Shown: piece after piece, positions 8,615 through 17,302 of the stretch | Layout: every line of letters begins with the position of its first letter | Position numbering within the stretch: the first letter of the stretch is position 1 | Made by a program: the position numbers and the translations under genes | Assembly (NCBI GenBank): GCA_030649135.1 | Contig: JAUSGI010000008.1 | Coordinates: 64,001 to 128,000, forward strand | DNA: 64,000 nt | Direction: 5' to 3' | Origin: a bacterium | Lineage (GTDB): Bacteria > Patescibacteriota > Minisyncoccia > Phycocordibacterales > Zambryskibacteraceae | The notes under the pieces: generated by a model | The model's input: only the letters and a program-made list of their open reading frames with translations | What the model was told of the DNA's origin: nothing | The model's database searches: none

Positions 8615-8727
8615 GTAGTAATAATTCTTGGTTTACTTTATTCATTAGTAGGTCTTGAGTGACTCGTTACTTTTGTGTTGGCAGTCATATTAGCTAAACA
8701 GATAGAGATACTTAACAAGTTGGACAG

Positions 8728-8916
8728 ATGATTAGTCATGTTCTACAAAATATCATTCTATTTTTTAGTTTAGTTGGTATATGGCACCTTATACTTTTAA
8801 TTCTTAGCAACACACAAAACAAAGAAACATTTAAAGTTGACGTTAAACCAGAATTAGCAGGAATTTTATTATTGTTGTTTGTGATTGTGCTTCTATCTTT
8901 ATCTGGAGAGTTATAG
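8728..8916 (+). CDS. Hypothetical small membrane protein (62 aa)
   Basis: Hydrophobic ORF in the AT-rich insert. Weak RBS. Confidence 0.25.
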   Translation: MISHVLQNIILFFSLVGIWHLILLILSNTQNKETFKVDVKPELAGILLLLFVIVLLSLSGEL

Positions 8917-9047
8917 TGATTAGGTTATCCACACCTATCCCCTAAAAATTGGCTATTTGCTCTCCATATTACTTTCATAGTATAGTATGGGTGTGTCTGC
9001 GGGACGTCAGTCCTATCTAGCCAAATATTGCGCTGGAGACAGGCACA

Positions 9048-9422
9048 CTAAAGGATGTCGCTTATGGCGGCATTTTTTAGTGTCTCATCGTCATCGGAAG
9101 ATCGTAGCCCTTTTCCAGTAGATGTTTGTATCATTTTTATATCCCTATATTGTTTAGTGAACCATGCTGGTACAACACTTAGGAATTCAATAGCACCGTT
9201 ACCTTCTTGTGTTACTACGACTTTTACACGGAATTTCTGCACTATGGCTACAAAACCCCAACAACGGATAACGACATTCATTGGCACCCAAAGTCCTCTC
9301 CGATTTACTTTCTTGTAAACGATTTCCTCATCGTATTCTTGAAATGTAGTAGACGTCTCAAGTATGAATTTCGCCTTCTCAAGCATGTCAAAACGAAGTA
9401 TTTGCGCTCTTTTATCTCTCAT
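9048..9422 (-). CDS. Hypothetical protein (124 aa) in the AT-rich insert
   Basis: GGAG 11 nt before the ATG. An in-frame TAA lies 36 codons upstream, preceded by a 24-codon ORF in the same frame. Confidence 0.4.
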   Translation of the reverse strand: MRDKRAQILRFDMLEKAKFILETSTTFQEYDEEIVYKKVNRRGLWVPMNVVIRCWGFVAIVQKFRVKVVVTQEGNGAIEFLSVVPAWFTKQYRDIKMIQTSTGKGLRSSDDDETLKNAAISDIL

Positions 9423-9603
9423 TTTCTTTGGCGCTCCATAAACAAGGTGGTTAAACCCCTCTGATGTAAAACGAATTTCCTGACCAAGTGCAGGACAGTT
9501 TACAGAAATAAATGTTTTTTAAAGTGCTGCGGCTTCCCGTTTTATCTGTTCATAGTCTGCAACACGCTCTTCTATTGATTTTTTGTCTGTCATTTTATAA
9601 AAA

Positions 9604-11559
9604 TCACACGTCTAAAACGGCTTTTTTAGCGTTTGATTGGATGAAAGATTTGCGGGAAGGGACGTCGGTGCCCATGAGAATGTCGAAAATACGGTCCGCT
9701 TCTCTCGCATCCACAACAGTTACTTGTTTAAGAATTCTCGCTTTTGGATCCATGGTTGTTTCCCAAAGTTCTTCCGAGTTCATTTCCCCGAGACCTTTAT
9801 AACGTTGGATGTCGGCGCCTTCGATAGTCTTCTCGTTTTTTTCTTCGTCGGAATAGACATAAATAATTTCTTTCCCTTTTTTGATTTTATAGAGCGGCGG
9901 TTGAGCGATGTAGACATAGCCGGCATCGATGAGCGGTCTGAAAAATCTATAAAGTAATGTCAAGAGTAGAGTACGGATATGCGCGCCATCAACATCGGCA
10001 TCGGTGGCAATAATAATTTTGTGATAACGGAGTTTAGTGATATCAAAAGTATCCCCTATTGCCGTGCCGAAGGCGATGACTAGGTTTTTAATCTGTTCGC
10101 TCGCGAGCATCTTATCTAGACGCGCGCGCTCAATATTGAGAATCTTACCGCGCAAAGGGAGTATGGCTTGGATGCGTCTGTCTCTTCCCATCTTGGCGGT
10201 ACCGCCAGCCGAATCTCCCTCAACGATAAAGAGCTCTGCTTCTTCTGGGGTAGTGCCAGACTGGCAATCAGAGAGTTTGCCAGGCAGAGTCATGCCCTCA
10301 AGCGCTCCTTTGCGCAGGACTGAGTCCTTGGCCGCCTTGGCGGCTTTGCGCGCCTTGAGCGCGAGTACCACCTTCTGAATCATACTTCTGGCATCATCGG
10401 GATTTTCCTCAAGATAGGCAGAGAATGCGTCACCGAAGACGGTATTAACCATGCTCTGGGCCTCCACGCTACCGAGTTTTGATTTGGTCTGTCCCTCAAA
10501 TTGAATCTCACGCAATTTAATCGAAATGACAGCAGTCAGACCCTCGAGCGCGTCATCTCCGGTGAAGTTATCCTCCTTTTCACTCACCATATTATTCTTG
10601 CGGGCGTATGAATTTAGACTTCTGGTCAGGGCAGTCTTGAAACCGGTAACGTGAGTACCGCCTTCAGTAGTGTAAATATTATTGGCGAAAGGCAGGATGC
10701 GGGAAGAGATATCATCGACATATTGCAGGGCCACCTCCACTGTCTCGTAGTCGTTACCGTTCGCCTTCTTCTCAACATAGAAAATATTTTTATGTATCGG
10801 TTTGTTTCGCTCATTTTCGAATCGTACGAGAGATACCAGTCCCCCTTCGAAATAAAAAGACATGGAAGGTGTTTCCAGTCCCAACTCTCGTAGATAAAAG
10901 ACTTCGCTATCGGCAACTTTTGCTATCCCTCGGGCATCCAGGACCGATATGCGGAGACCCTTGACGAGATATGCCTGCTGGCGCAAATGATCGGCAATCC
11001 GTTCGAAGTTGAAGTTGGTATCCGGGAAAATAGCGGGGTCCGGTTGAAAGGTAATGACGGTACCATGGAGTTTTGAGGCGCCAATTTTCTTGACTGCACT
11101 TTTTCTTTTGCCCTGGCTGTACTCTTGAGCATAAACTCCCCCATCTCGGTGCACTTCGGCCCGGCAATAAATAGAGAGAGCATTGACTACCGAGCCACCG
11201 ACGCCGTGTAGTCCTCCGGAGATTTTGTATCCCTCTCCGCCGAACTTGCCGCCGGCATGCAGGGTAGTCATGATGGTCTCGAGTGCCGAGACTTTGGTTT
11301 GTTTGTGCGTATCAACCGGAATACCCCGGCCGTTATCAACCACGCGGACACGATTGTTGGGCAAGAGCACAACCTCTATATCGTCGGCAAATCCCCCCAT
11401 GGCCTCATCCCGAGAGTTGTCGAAAATCTCCGTCACAAGGTGGTGGAGGCCGTCGGGACCGGTGGTACCGATATACATGCCTGGACGTTTGCGCACCGGC
11501 TCGAGACCCTCTAAGACCGTAATTGATTCAGCGCTGTAATTGCTCTCTTTTTTCGGCAT
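9604..11559 (-). CDS. gyrB: DNA gyrase subunit B
   Basis: GHKL ATPase motifs (LVTEIFDNSRDEAM, GLHGVGGSVVNALS). Toprim and C-terminal domains. 651 aa. Confidence 0.95.
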   Translation of the reverse strand: MPKKESNYSAESITVLEGLEPVRKRPGMYIGTTGPDGLHHLVTEIFDNSRDEAMGGFADDIEVVLLPNNRVRVVDNGRGIPVDTHKQTKVSALETIMTTLHAGGKFGGEGYKISGGLHGVGGSVVNALSIYCRAEVHRDGGVYAQEYSQGKRKSAVKKIGASKLHGTVITFQPDPAIFPDTNFNFERIADHLRQQAYLVKGLRISVLDARGIAKVADSEVFYLRELGLETPSMSFYFEGGLVSLVRFENERNKPIHKNIFYVEKKANGNDYETVEVALQYVDDISSRILPFANNIYTTEGGTHVTGFKTALTRSLNSYARKNNMVSEKEDNFTGDDALEGLTAVISIKLREIQFEGQTKSKLGSVEAQSMVNTVFGDAFSAYLEENPDDARSMIQKVVLALKARKAAKAAKDSVLRKGALEGMTLPGKLSDCQSGTTPEEAELFIVEGDSAGGTAKMGRDRRIQAILPLRGKILNIERARLDKMLASEQIKNLVIAFGTAIGDTFDITKLRYHKIIIATDADVDGAHIRTLLLTLLYRFFRPLIDAGYVYIAQPPLYKIKKGKEIIYVYSDEEKNEKTIEGADIQRYKGLGEMNSEELWETTMDPKARILKQVTVVDAREADRIFDILMGTDVPSRKSFIQSNAKKAVLDV

Positions 11560-11642
11560 TTAAGTTTCCCCTATTCTAGCATAAATAGAGCTAGAAAGAA
11601 AGAGAAAATGTGTCAAAAACCCATATATAGGTTATAATTTAA

Positions 11643-12125
11643 GTGATGGTTATTTCAGAAGACAAGATTAGACGAGCAATAGAAGAAAAAGAGATAAGTA
11701 TACAGCCATTCAATGGGTCTTTACTTAAAGATGTTAGTTACACTTTCACTCTAAGTAACAAGTTTTGTCTGCCAAAAGTTACTACCGAATTCATTGACGC
11801 AAGAGATTCTATAGAGTTTGAAGAAAAAGTGATGCCTGATGAAGGATACTTACTTAGGCCTGGAGAATTTATTGTCTGTTATACCAAAGAAAAAGTCACT
11901 TTAAATAACAAATTCGTTTGTTTAATAAGTACAAGAGCATCGTTAGCTCAAATGGGATTAAATGTTACTCAAGGTTCCTTCCTGACAGGATCTGATACGG
12001 ATAACATCTTTGCGCTAGAGACAAGTAATAATGGAAACCTGCCCATTAAATTATTCCCTGGAATGAAGATAGCGAAAGGGGTTTTCCTAAGAGTAGACTC
12101 GGATTCTAGTTCTAACATTGGGTGA
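11643..12125 (+). CDS. dcd: dCTP deaminase family protein (dUTPase fold)
   Basis: N-terminal DKIRRAIEEKEISIQPF and FALETSNNGNLPIKLFPGMKIAKGVF resemble Dcd. A short 160 aa version. Confidence 0.7.
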   Translation: MMVISEDKIRRAIEEKEISIQPFNGSLLKDVSYTFTLSNKFCLPKVTTEFIDARDSIEFEEKVMPDEGYLLRPGEFIVCYTKEKVTLNNKFVCLISTRASLAQMGLNVTQGSFLTGSDTDNIFALETSNNGNLPIKLFPGMKIAKGVFLRVDSDSSSNIG

Positions 12126-12154
12126 TGTTTTGTATATACAATAAAATTATATTA

Positions 12155-12163
12155 TGCTATAAT
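12155..12163 (+). promoter_or_regulatory. Extended -10 promoter element TGCTATAAT at the start of the GC-rich island
   Basis: About 95 nt upstream of an sORF with a perfect SD. -35 not clear. Confidence 0.35.
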
Positions 12164-12257
12164 CACAAGTGGATTATACGCCTGTTTTAAGGCCAGCCAT
12201 GCACTCTCCAGGCATTTCGGGACTTGAGCCCGTTCAGCCTAGAAAGGAGGGATGTGC

Positions 12258-12431
12258 ATGCTAAATGTGATTTCGCTGGATCAACCCGTCCGGTTCGTGG
12301 ATAGGTCGGGCCAGCCCTGCGAGGGGAAACCTCTATTTCTCTCGCGGGACACGTATGGTAACTGGGGTCTCTCTGTTCAATACAGTGAAACAGGGATTTC
12401 CTGGGTTGCTTTCGACCAAATCAAGCAGTAG
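12258..12431 (+). CDS. Small ORF (57 aa) MLNVISLDQPVRFVDRSGQPCEGKPLFLSRDTYGNWGLSVQYSETGISWVAFDQIKQ
   Basis: Near-perfect SD (AAAGGAGGGATGTGC-ATG). Below the ORF-track size cutoff. Confidence 0.35.
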   Translation: MLNVISLDQPVRFVDRSGQPCEGKPLFLSRDTYGNWGLSVQYSETGISWVAFDQIKQ

Positions 12432-12485
12432 TACTGCTGGTCAAAAGCAATTGCCCGTCTAGAACAGACGTGAGCGGAAATCCAC

Positions 12486-12647
12486 ATGAAGTCCCTAAAT
12501 GGCAAGGGTATAAGTGTGGGCGAGACCGCAGACTCGGCATCCCTCTTGCCGTCTTCCAATGAGGCACGCATCTACTGTGGGCTGAGGAAGAGAAAAGAGA
12601 CAAGGCGATTGGTTCCCAATCGTCTTCCGTCCAAAGTTTGTTTATGA
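12486..12647 (+). CDS. Small ORF (53 aa) MKSLNGKGISVGETADSASLLPSSNEARIYCGLRKRKETRRLVPNRLPSKVCL
   Basis: Same frame as the previous sORF. Weak RBS. Could instead be part of a structured RNA. Confidence 0.2.
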   Translation: MKSLNGKGISVGETADSASLLPSSNEARIYCGLRKRKETRRLVPNRLPSKVCL

Positions 12648-12910
12648 AAATAGATTTTGGACGGAGGAGGTATCCCAATATATCCATGACCTAACTAGGC
12701 CATTATTTTAGAGCGTATTTAATACCATCAATCATGATTGACTTATCTATTTACATATGCTATCATTAACAGCAGATTAGATCGCAAGGCTTCCGTTCCC
12801 CGCCAGTTAAAGGGGATTACAAACCGGCATCGACTCACAAGATGAGTCATGCCAATGAAGTTCCTTCAAGAGTCTCAGTCACACAAGTGACTAGACGCGG
12901 GAGAAGTAAA

Positions 12911-13258
12911 ATGTGGTATCAGTACGGATGGGGAGAAGAGAAGGACATGCAGCGCTCAGCAGAGCGTTGGATGTGCAAGGGGTTTCAAGTTCGGGCCAAC
13001 CTCCAGCAGGGGACGGCTTGGGCCCTCGTGTCGGATTTCACCTTCCCTGGTGCGATCCCACATGAGACTTGCCCGGATTGTAGGGGAACCGGCTGGTGCT
13101 CGCACCATATCCCGGACTGCCCTGGCGAGCAGGTCTGCGACGGGAAGTGCTACACGTGCGTCGAGAGCGGGACGATCTGCCTCCAGCCCACCTGGGCGGA
13201 GGGTCGGGTCGTAACGCTCGAGGAAGCGGTGGCCTACCTGAAGCAGGGCCATCACTAA
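12911..13258 (+). CDS. Cys-rich protein with a DnaJ CR-type zinc-finger-like motif (CPDCRGTGWC...CPGEQVCDGKCYTC)
   Basis: Start chosen at the internal ATG with SD GGGAGAAG (the ORF track starts at 12842). GC-rich. Confidence 0.5.
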   Translation: MWYQYGWGEEKDMQRSAERWMCKGFQVRANLQQGTAWALVSDFTFPGAIPHETCPDCRGTGWCSHHIPDCPGEQVCDGKCYTCVESGTICLQPTWAEGRVVTLEEAVAYLKQGHH

Positions 13259-13277
13259 GATCACAACGTGTCACCAA

Positions 13278-13319
13278 GGCCCTGCGCGACTAGCAATCGC
13301 GCAGGGCCACTTCTTTTTA
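13278..13319 (+). terminator. Rho-independent terminator GGCCCTGCGCGA-ctagcaa-TCGCGCAGGGCC + ACTTCTTTTT
   Basis: 12 bp perfect GC stem followed by a T-run, directly after the island gene. Confidence 0.75.
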
Positions 13320-13436
13320 CACTCCTTCTTCTATTCTCGTTCTTACATTTATAATACGCTGTAGCGTAAATTAAGTGTATACGTTATAAAGTGTCTATAG
13401 GTAGAAGATAACGTGTGTATATATCTTCTTAAAAAC

Positions 13437-14579
13437 TCAAACCCTGCGAATTTCGGCTTTGAAGTCTGTTTCAGTTTTATTCTCGAGTTCGGCGTGGAGT
13501 TTATTGACCTCCTCGTTAGTTAATGTTCTTTCTAGGCTACGGTAAGTAATGCGGAAAGTGTAACTTAACTTCCCAACGCCAAATTTCTCCGTGTTCTCGT
13601 ATTTGTCCAAAAGTTCTACTTGCTCAATCAAATTTCCTCCTATATCTCGGATGACATCGAAATAATCATTGGGCACGAAGTCCTTGTCTACCACGAAGGA
13701 AATGTCCCGTATCACCGGTGGAAATTTAGAGACTTCTTTAAATTTAGTGCCAAGTGTTAATTGTGATTTCACTCTCTCGTCTGTAGACCAAAGCAGGCGA
13801 ATATCAGGCAAGTCCATGGCCATCATGGCGAGACGTTCAAGGCCGAAACCGAATGCCCAGCCGTGATACTCGGTTAAGCCGAAATTGGAAAGCACACTCT
13901 TTTTAGGCATACCGGAGCCGAGCATCTCAACCCACTTTCCCTTCACTTCCGCTTCCATCTCAAAACTTGGGTCAGTATAAGGAAAGTTATGGTCATAAAA
14001 GCGGAAGTTTGTACCTTTGTCAAAAATGTTTTCAGCAACTTCCGTAAGAACGTTTTTGAGGTCTTCCGGTTTAACGGTCATCTTGGCATCGGGCACGAGA
14101 TATAGTCCGCCTATCTGGTGAAATACATTCATATGAGTACGGTCTATCTCATCCTTGCGGTATACCTTGCCGAAACAAATTACTCTCAAAGTTTCTCCCC
14201 TTTTTATTTTTTCCTTGATAGACGGATGGTTCAAGTAGTAATACCAGAATACCGTGTCGTGAGTACGTAACACATGATTTTCGTCCACATAATATGTGTC
14301 TGATTTACTTCTGGCCGGGTGTCCGGGAGGCATGTTAAACAAGTCAAACAAAATCTCGGTAGAAATAATTTCCGGTATTTGAATTATGTCAAAACCTTCA
14401 AGACTCCGGACTTTGAGAGTTCGGTCCACCACCTCCTTTAATGGGCTGCCGGTAGCGCGAGAAAGGTCCGGTAGGGAAAGAAAGCGTTTCAGGCGCTCCG
14501 ATTCCGGGTCGTTTTTCGTCTCTAGGTCCTTGCGTAATTTCTGCTCTTCCTCTGATTGAATTACTATATTTTCTGCCAT
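13437..14579 (-). CDS. pheS: Phenylalanine--tRNA ligase alpha subunit
   Basis: Class II aaRS motifs (FNMPPGHPAR..., GLERLAMM). Confidence 0.95.
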   Translation of the reverse strand: MAENIVIQSEEEQKLRKDLETKNDPESERLKRFLSLPDLSRATGSPLKEVVDRTLKVRSLEGFDIIQIPEIISTEILFDLFNMPPGHPARSKSDTYYVDENHVLRTHDTVFWYYYLNHPSIKEKIKRGETLRVICFGKVYRKDEIDRTHMNVFHQIGGLYLVPDAKMTVKPEDLKNVLTEVAENIFDKGTNFRFYDHNFPYTDPSFEMEAEVKGKWVEMLGSGMPKKSVLSNFGLTEYHGWAFGFGLERLAMMAMDLPDIRLLWSTDERVKSQLTLGTKFKEVSKFPPVIRDISFVVDKDFVPNDYFDVIRDIGGNLIEQVELLDKYENTEKFGVGKLSYTFRITYRSLERTLTNEEVNKLHAELENKTETDFKAEIRRV

Positions 14580-14616
14580 TATCTTATATGGTATGGTATA
14601 GTGGTTTTTATCGCAA

Positions 14617-15864
14617 ATGGTTGAGATTCAAACCCTTTTCTTGTATGGTTCCATTTTCGTCTCGCTTTATTTCGAGGTATTTCTGCTTATCACCTATCTG
14701 GAAGTACAAGCAGAATTAATTCTCGAAGGGGAACATCTTGCCAAGCCCATCACCCGGTTTCCAACTGTGACCATCGTCGTCCCCTGTTTTAACGAGGCAT
14801 ATACGGTCAATAAAACCGTCCGCTCACTTTTAAATTTGGATTATCCCAAAGATAAACTTTCTGTCATTCTCGTGAATGACGGCTCGACCGACGGGACAGG
14901 CCGTGAACTTGCCAAGTTTAAGAAGCATCCTCAAATTAGTATTCTCTCCAAGGAGAACGGTGGCAAATATACGGCGCTTAATCTCGCTTTGGCGAAAGTC
15001 CAAAGTGACTTGGTGGGCGGCCTTGATGCCGATTCCTTTGTCGACCCACTTGCTTTGAGGAAAATTGTGCCATTTTTTGACGATGCCAATATTCAAGCGG
15101 TAATCCCTTCGATTAAAGTCTTTGAACCCAAAAGTGTCTTACAGCATGTTCAGAAGATTGAGTACAGCTGGGGTATCTTCCTGCGCCGAATGCTTTCCTC
15201 TATAGGCGCGCTTTACGTCACGCCCGGACCATTTTCCATCTTTCGCACGCGGGTGTTTACGGAACTGGGCGGCTATGTCCGCGGGCACCATACCGAGGAC
15301 TTGGAAATGGCGCTACGCATGCAGAAGCATCATTATAAAATCGTCAATTCCTATGGAGCGCATGTTTATACCGTCACGCCGGCAAATTTACCGGCACTTT
15401 ACAAACAGAGGGTGCGCTGGACTTACGGTTTTCTTAATAATGTTCTGGACTACCGTGGGATGTTCTTCAATAAAAAATACGGTCACATTGGAATGTTTGT
15501 CTTGCCTGTCGCCACTTCCTCAATTTTTTCCACTCTCTTTATTGTCGGTAGCACTCTCTGGAATAATTTATCCGGAGTGCTTGACCTTTTGGCCAGATTC
15601 CGGACGGTAGGTTTCAGCTGGAAGTTGTTGCTTCCCTCTTTCGACTGGTTTTTTATCAGTACTGGTGTGACACCCTTTCTTACCATAGGCGCACTAACTC
15701 TTACCCTCGTTATTCTGTATCTGTCTATTAAAATGGCTGACGGCAAGGTGAATCTTACGAGGGGTATTTTCTACTACCTCGTACTCTACATTTTCATCGT
15801 GCCCTTGTGGTTAACCAAGGCGTTATTCAATACTGTCTTTAGGAGACAAATTAGTTGGAGATGA
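14617..15864 (+). CDS. Family 2 glycosyltransferase, processive membrane-embedded type (PgaC/NodC/cellulose-synthase-like)
   Basis: DxD region (VILVNDGSTDGT), QRVRW (QxxRW) motif, C-terminal TM helices. Confidence 0.8.
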   Translation: MVEIQTLFLYGSIFVSLYFEVFLLITYLEVQAELILEGEHLAKPITRFPTVTIVVPCFNEAYTVNKTVRSLLNLDYPKDKLSVILVNDGSTDGTGRELAKFKKHPQISILSKENGGKYTALNLALAKVQSDLVGGLDADSFVDPLALRKIVPFFDDANIQAVIPSIKVFEPKSVLQHVQKIEYSWGIFLRRMLSSIGALYVTPGPFSIFRTRVFTELGGYVRGHHTEDLEMALRMQKHHYKIVNSYGAHVYTVTPANLPALYKQRVRWTYGFLNNVLDYRGMFFNKKYGHIGMFVLPVATSSIFSTLFIVGSTLWNNLSGVLDLLARFRTVGFSWKLLLPSFDWFFISTGVTPFLTIGALTLTLVILYLSIKMADGKVNLTRGIFYYLVLYIFIVPLWLTKALFNTVFRRQISWR

Positions 15865-16556
15865 TAGACTTTAAAAAATATATTGTTGCGTTTATCATTA
15901 CTGCTTTTATCTTTGGCACGGCAATTTTCGTATCCAATCTGATAGGACAAAAGAAGCTCGAGGATGTTCGCGCCATCGAGAATCGGGTGGCGCTCGATAT
16001 TCTCTCATCGGAAACCCAATTTGCCTTACTTGAAGAAACTTCCTGCAAAGACATTGGCCCGGGTTTTCTTTCTAAAGAACTCGGCTCTCTCGGAGAGAAG
16101 CTCGCTTATGCGGAAAACCAGACCGAATTTAACGCCGGTGACCTTGAGTATCTGAAACGTTCGTATTTCTTGCTTGAAATCAAGGACTATCTCTTGATGA
16201 AACGGCTGACGGAGAAATGTGGTATCCGGCCAACCTTCATTCTATATTTCTACTCTACCCAGGAGAAGTGTGAAGACTGCGAAAGGATGGGCTATGTTCT
16301 GACAGCGTTACGGGATAAGTATCAAGACTTGCGAGTATACTCATTTGATTATCACTTCGATGTCGGGGCAGTTGGCACCCTCATTTCTATTTATAAAGTT
16401 AAATCGGACCTACCGGCTATGATTATCAACGGTCTTACCTATTACGGCTTTCGCTCCGTCGAAGACTTGGAGAAGACCGTGCCCGCTCTCAAAGAGCTTG
16501 CGGCCAAGGTCAAAGCCGCCGAAAAAGCCACCACTTCAACTCCGAAAATCAATTAG
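15855..16556 (+). CDS. Membrane-anchored thioredoxin-like protein (CEDC motif)
   Basis: N-terminal TM. FILYFYSTQEKCEDCERMGY...PAMIING resembles a thioredoxin fold. 10 nt overlap with the upstream GT2. Confidence 0.45.
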   Translation: MEMIDFKKYIVAFIITAFIFGTAIFVSNLIGQKKLEDVRAIENRVALDILSSETQFALLEETSCKDIGPGFLSKELGSLGEKLAYAENQTEFNAGDLEYLKRSYFLLEIKDYLLMKRLTEKCGIRPTFILYFYSTQEKCEDCERMGYVLTALRDKYQDLRVYSFDYHFDVGAVGTLISIYKVKSDLPAMIINGLTYYGFRSVEDLEKTVPALKELAAKVKAAEKATTSTPKIN

Positions 16557-16589
16557 GTATCTGTATCGAGACGGGAAGAGAATTTAGAG

Positions 16590-16946
16590 TTAGGTCTTGA
16601 GTGACCACGGCGGCTGGAGTTTCCCGATGTAGGTCTTTGGCCCGCCGTACTGATCTGCTGTGATGTCGACGATCGTCCCGTCGTCCATCTGAAAGAACGT
16701 GTGGTTTTCCTCGCCGTACCTCCCTTGGATGATTGCGCCTAAACCGAGTCGGTGGCGCAGGTAGATAGTTGCCGCACCACAGGCAAGGTGCGGGAACGAG
16801 CCGAGTATTTGCTTCACGAAGAGTGCGGTATCACCGACATCGGCATACGCGCCATAGAGTTCGGCAAGTAACGCCTCGTCGACACTCTTCGTCTCGAACG
16901 CTCTCCGGACATCTCCCACGATGCTTTGTAGTTCGGCTTCGTACAT
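16590..16946 (-). CDS. Hypothetical protein (118 aa), GC-rich island
   Basis: SD AAGGGGGTGGTG before the ATG. Follows the truncated carbamoyltransferase remnant. Confidence 0.45.
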   Translation of the reverse strand: MYEAELQSIVGDVRRAFETKSVDEALLAELYGAYADVGDTALFVKQILGSFPHLACGAATIYLRHRLGLGAIIQGRYGEENHTFFQMDDGTIVDITADQYGGPKTYIGKLQPPWSLKT

Positions 16947-16989
16947 ACTGCACCACCCCCTTACACTTCTAGTATACCACTTCGGCGCG

Positions 16990-17196
16990 TTAGGTACGTT
17001 TTACAAGTAGAAACCGATCAAGCACGAGCGCATCGAGGTTCATCCGCAGGAACGTTCGCACTGCATCCTGTGGCGTCTCGACGATCGGCTCATCCTTGGA
17101 GTTGAAGGAAGTATTCACCACGACTGGGATACTGGTGATCGAGGCAAACTCGCTGATAGCTACCTCAACTCCGAAAACCAAATGAATGTGTTATAG
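16990..17196 (-). pseudogene. C-terminal remnant of a NodU/CmcH/HypF-family carbamoyltransferase
   Basis: VVVNTSFNSKDEPIVETPQDAVRTFLRMNLDALVLDRFLL matches the conserved carbamoyltransferase C-terminus. An upstream in-frame stop leaves only about 68 codons. Confidence 0.55.
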
Positions 17197-17302
17197 AGGC
17201 GGTCACTTATTAGAAGAGACATTGGTTGATTAAGGGATAAAAATTGGTTAGACTAACGTTAGACTAATAATCGTCAGTAGACGAGGAGAGAGAGGGCATA
17301 CC

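Noticed and set aside
8641-8665. 15-mer TAGGTCTTGAGTGAC shared with the 3' end of gene 16590..16946
   Set aside because: A single exact 15-mer match is about what chance would give in a 64 kb two-strand comparison. There is no extended similarity around it.
12150-12850. Tried to read the GC-rich hairpin-rich segment as RNase P RNA, tmRNA, a group II intron or a cobalamin riboswitch
   Set aside because: There is a faint resemblance: AAGUCC...GGCAAGGGU versus the P4/P5 region of RNase P. However, no complementary P4 3' strand, no tRNA-like 3' end, no GUGYG/domain V and no B12 box could be found on either strand. Two SD-bearing sORFs partly explain the region. It is left as unclassified.
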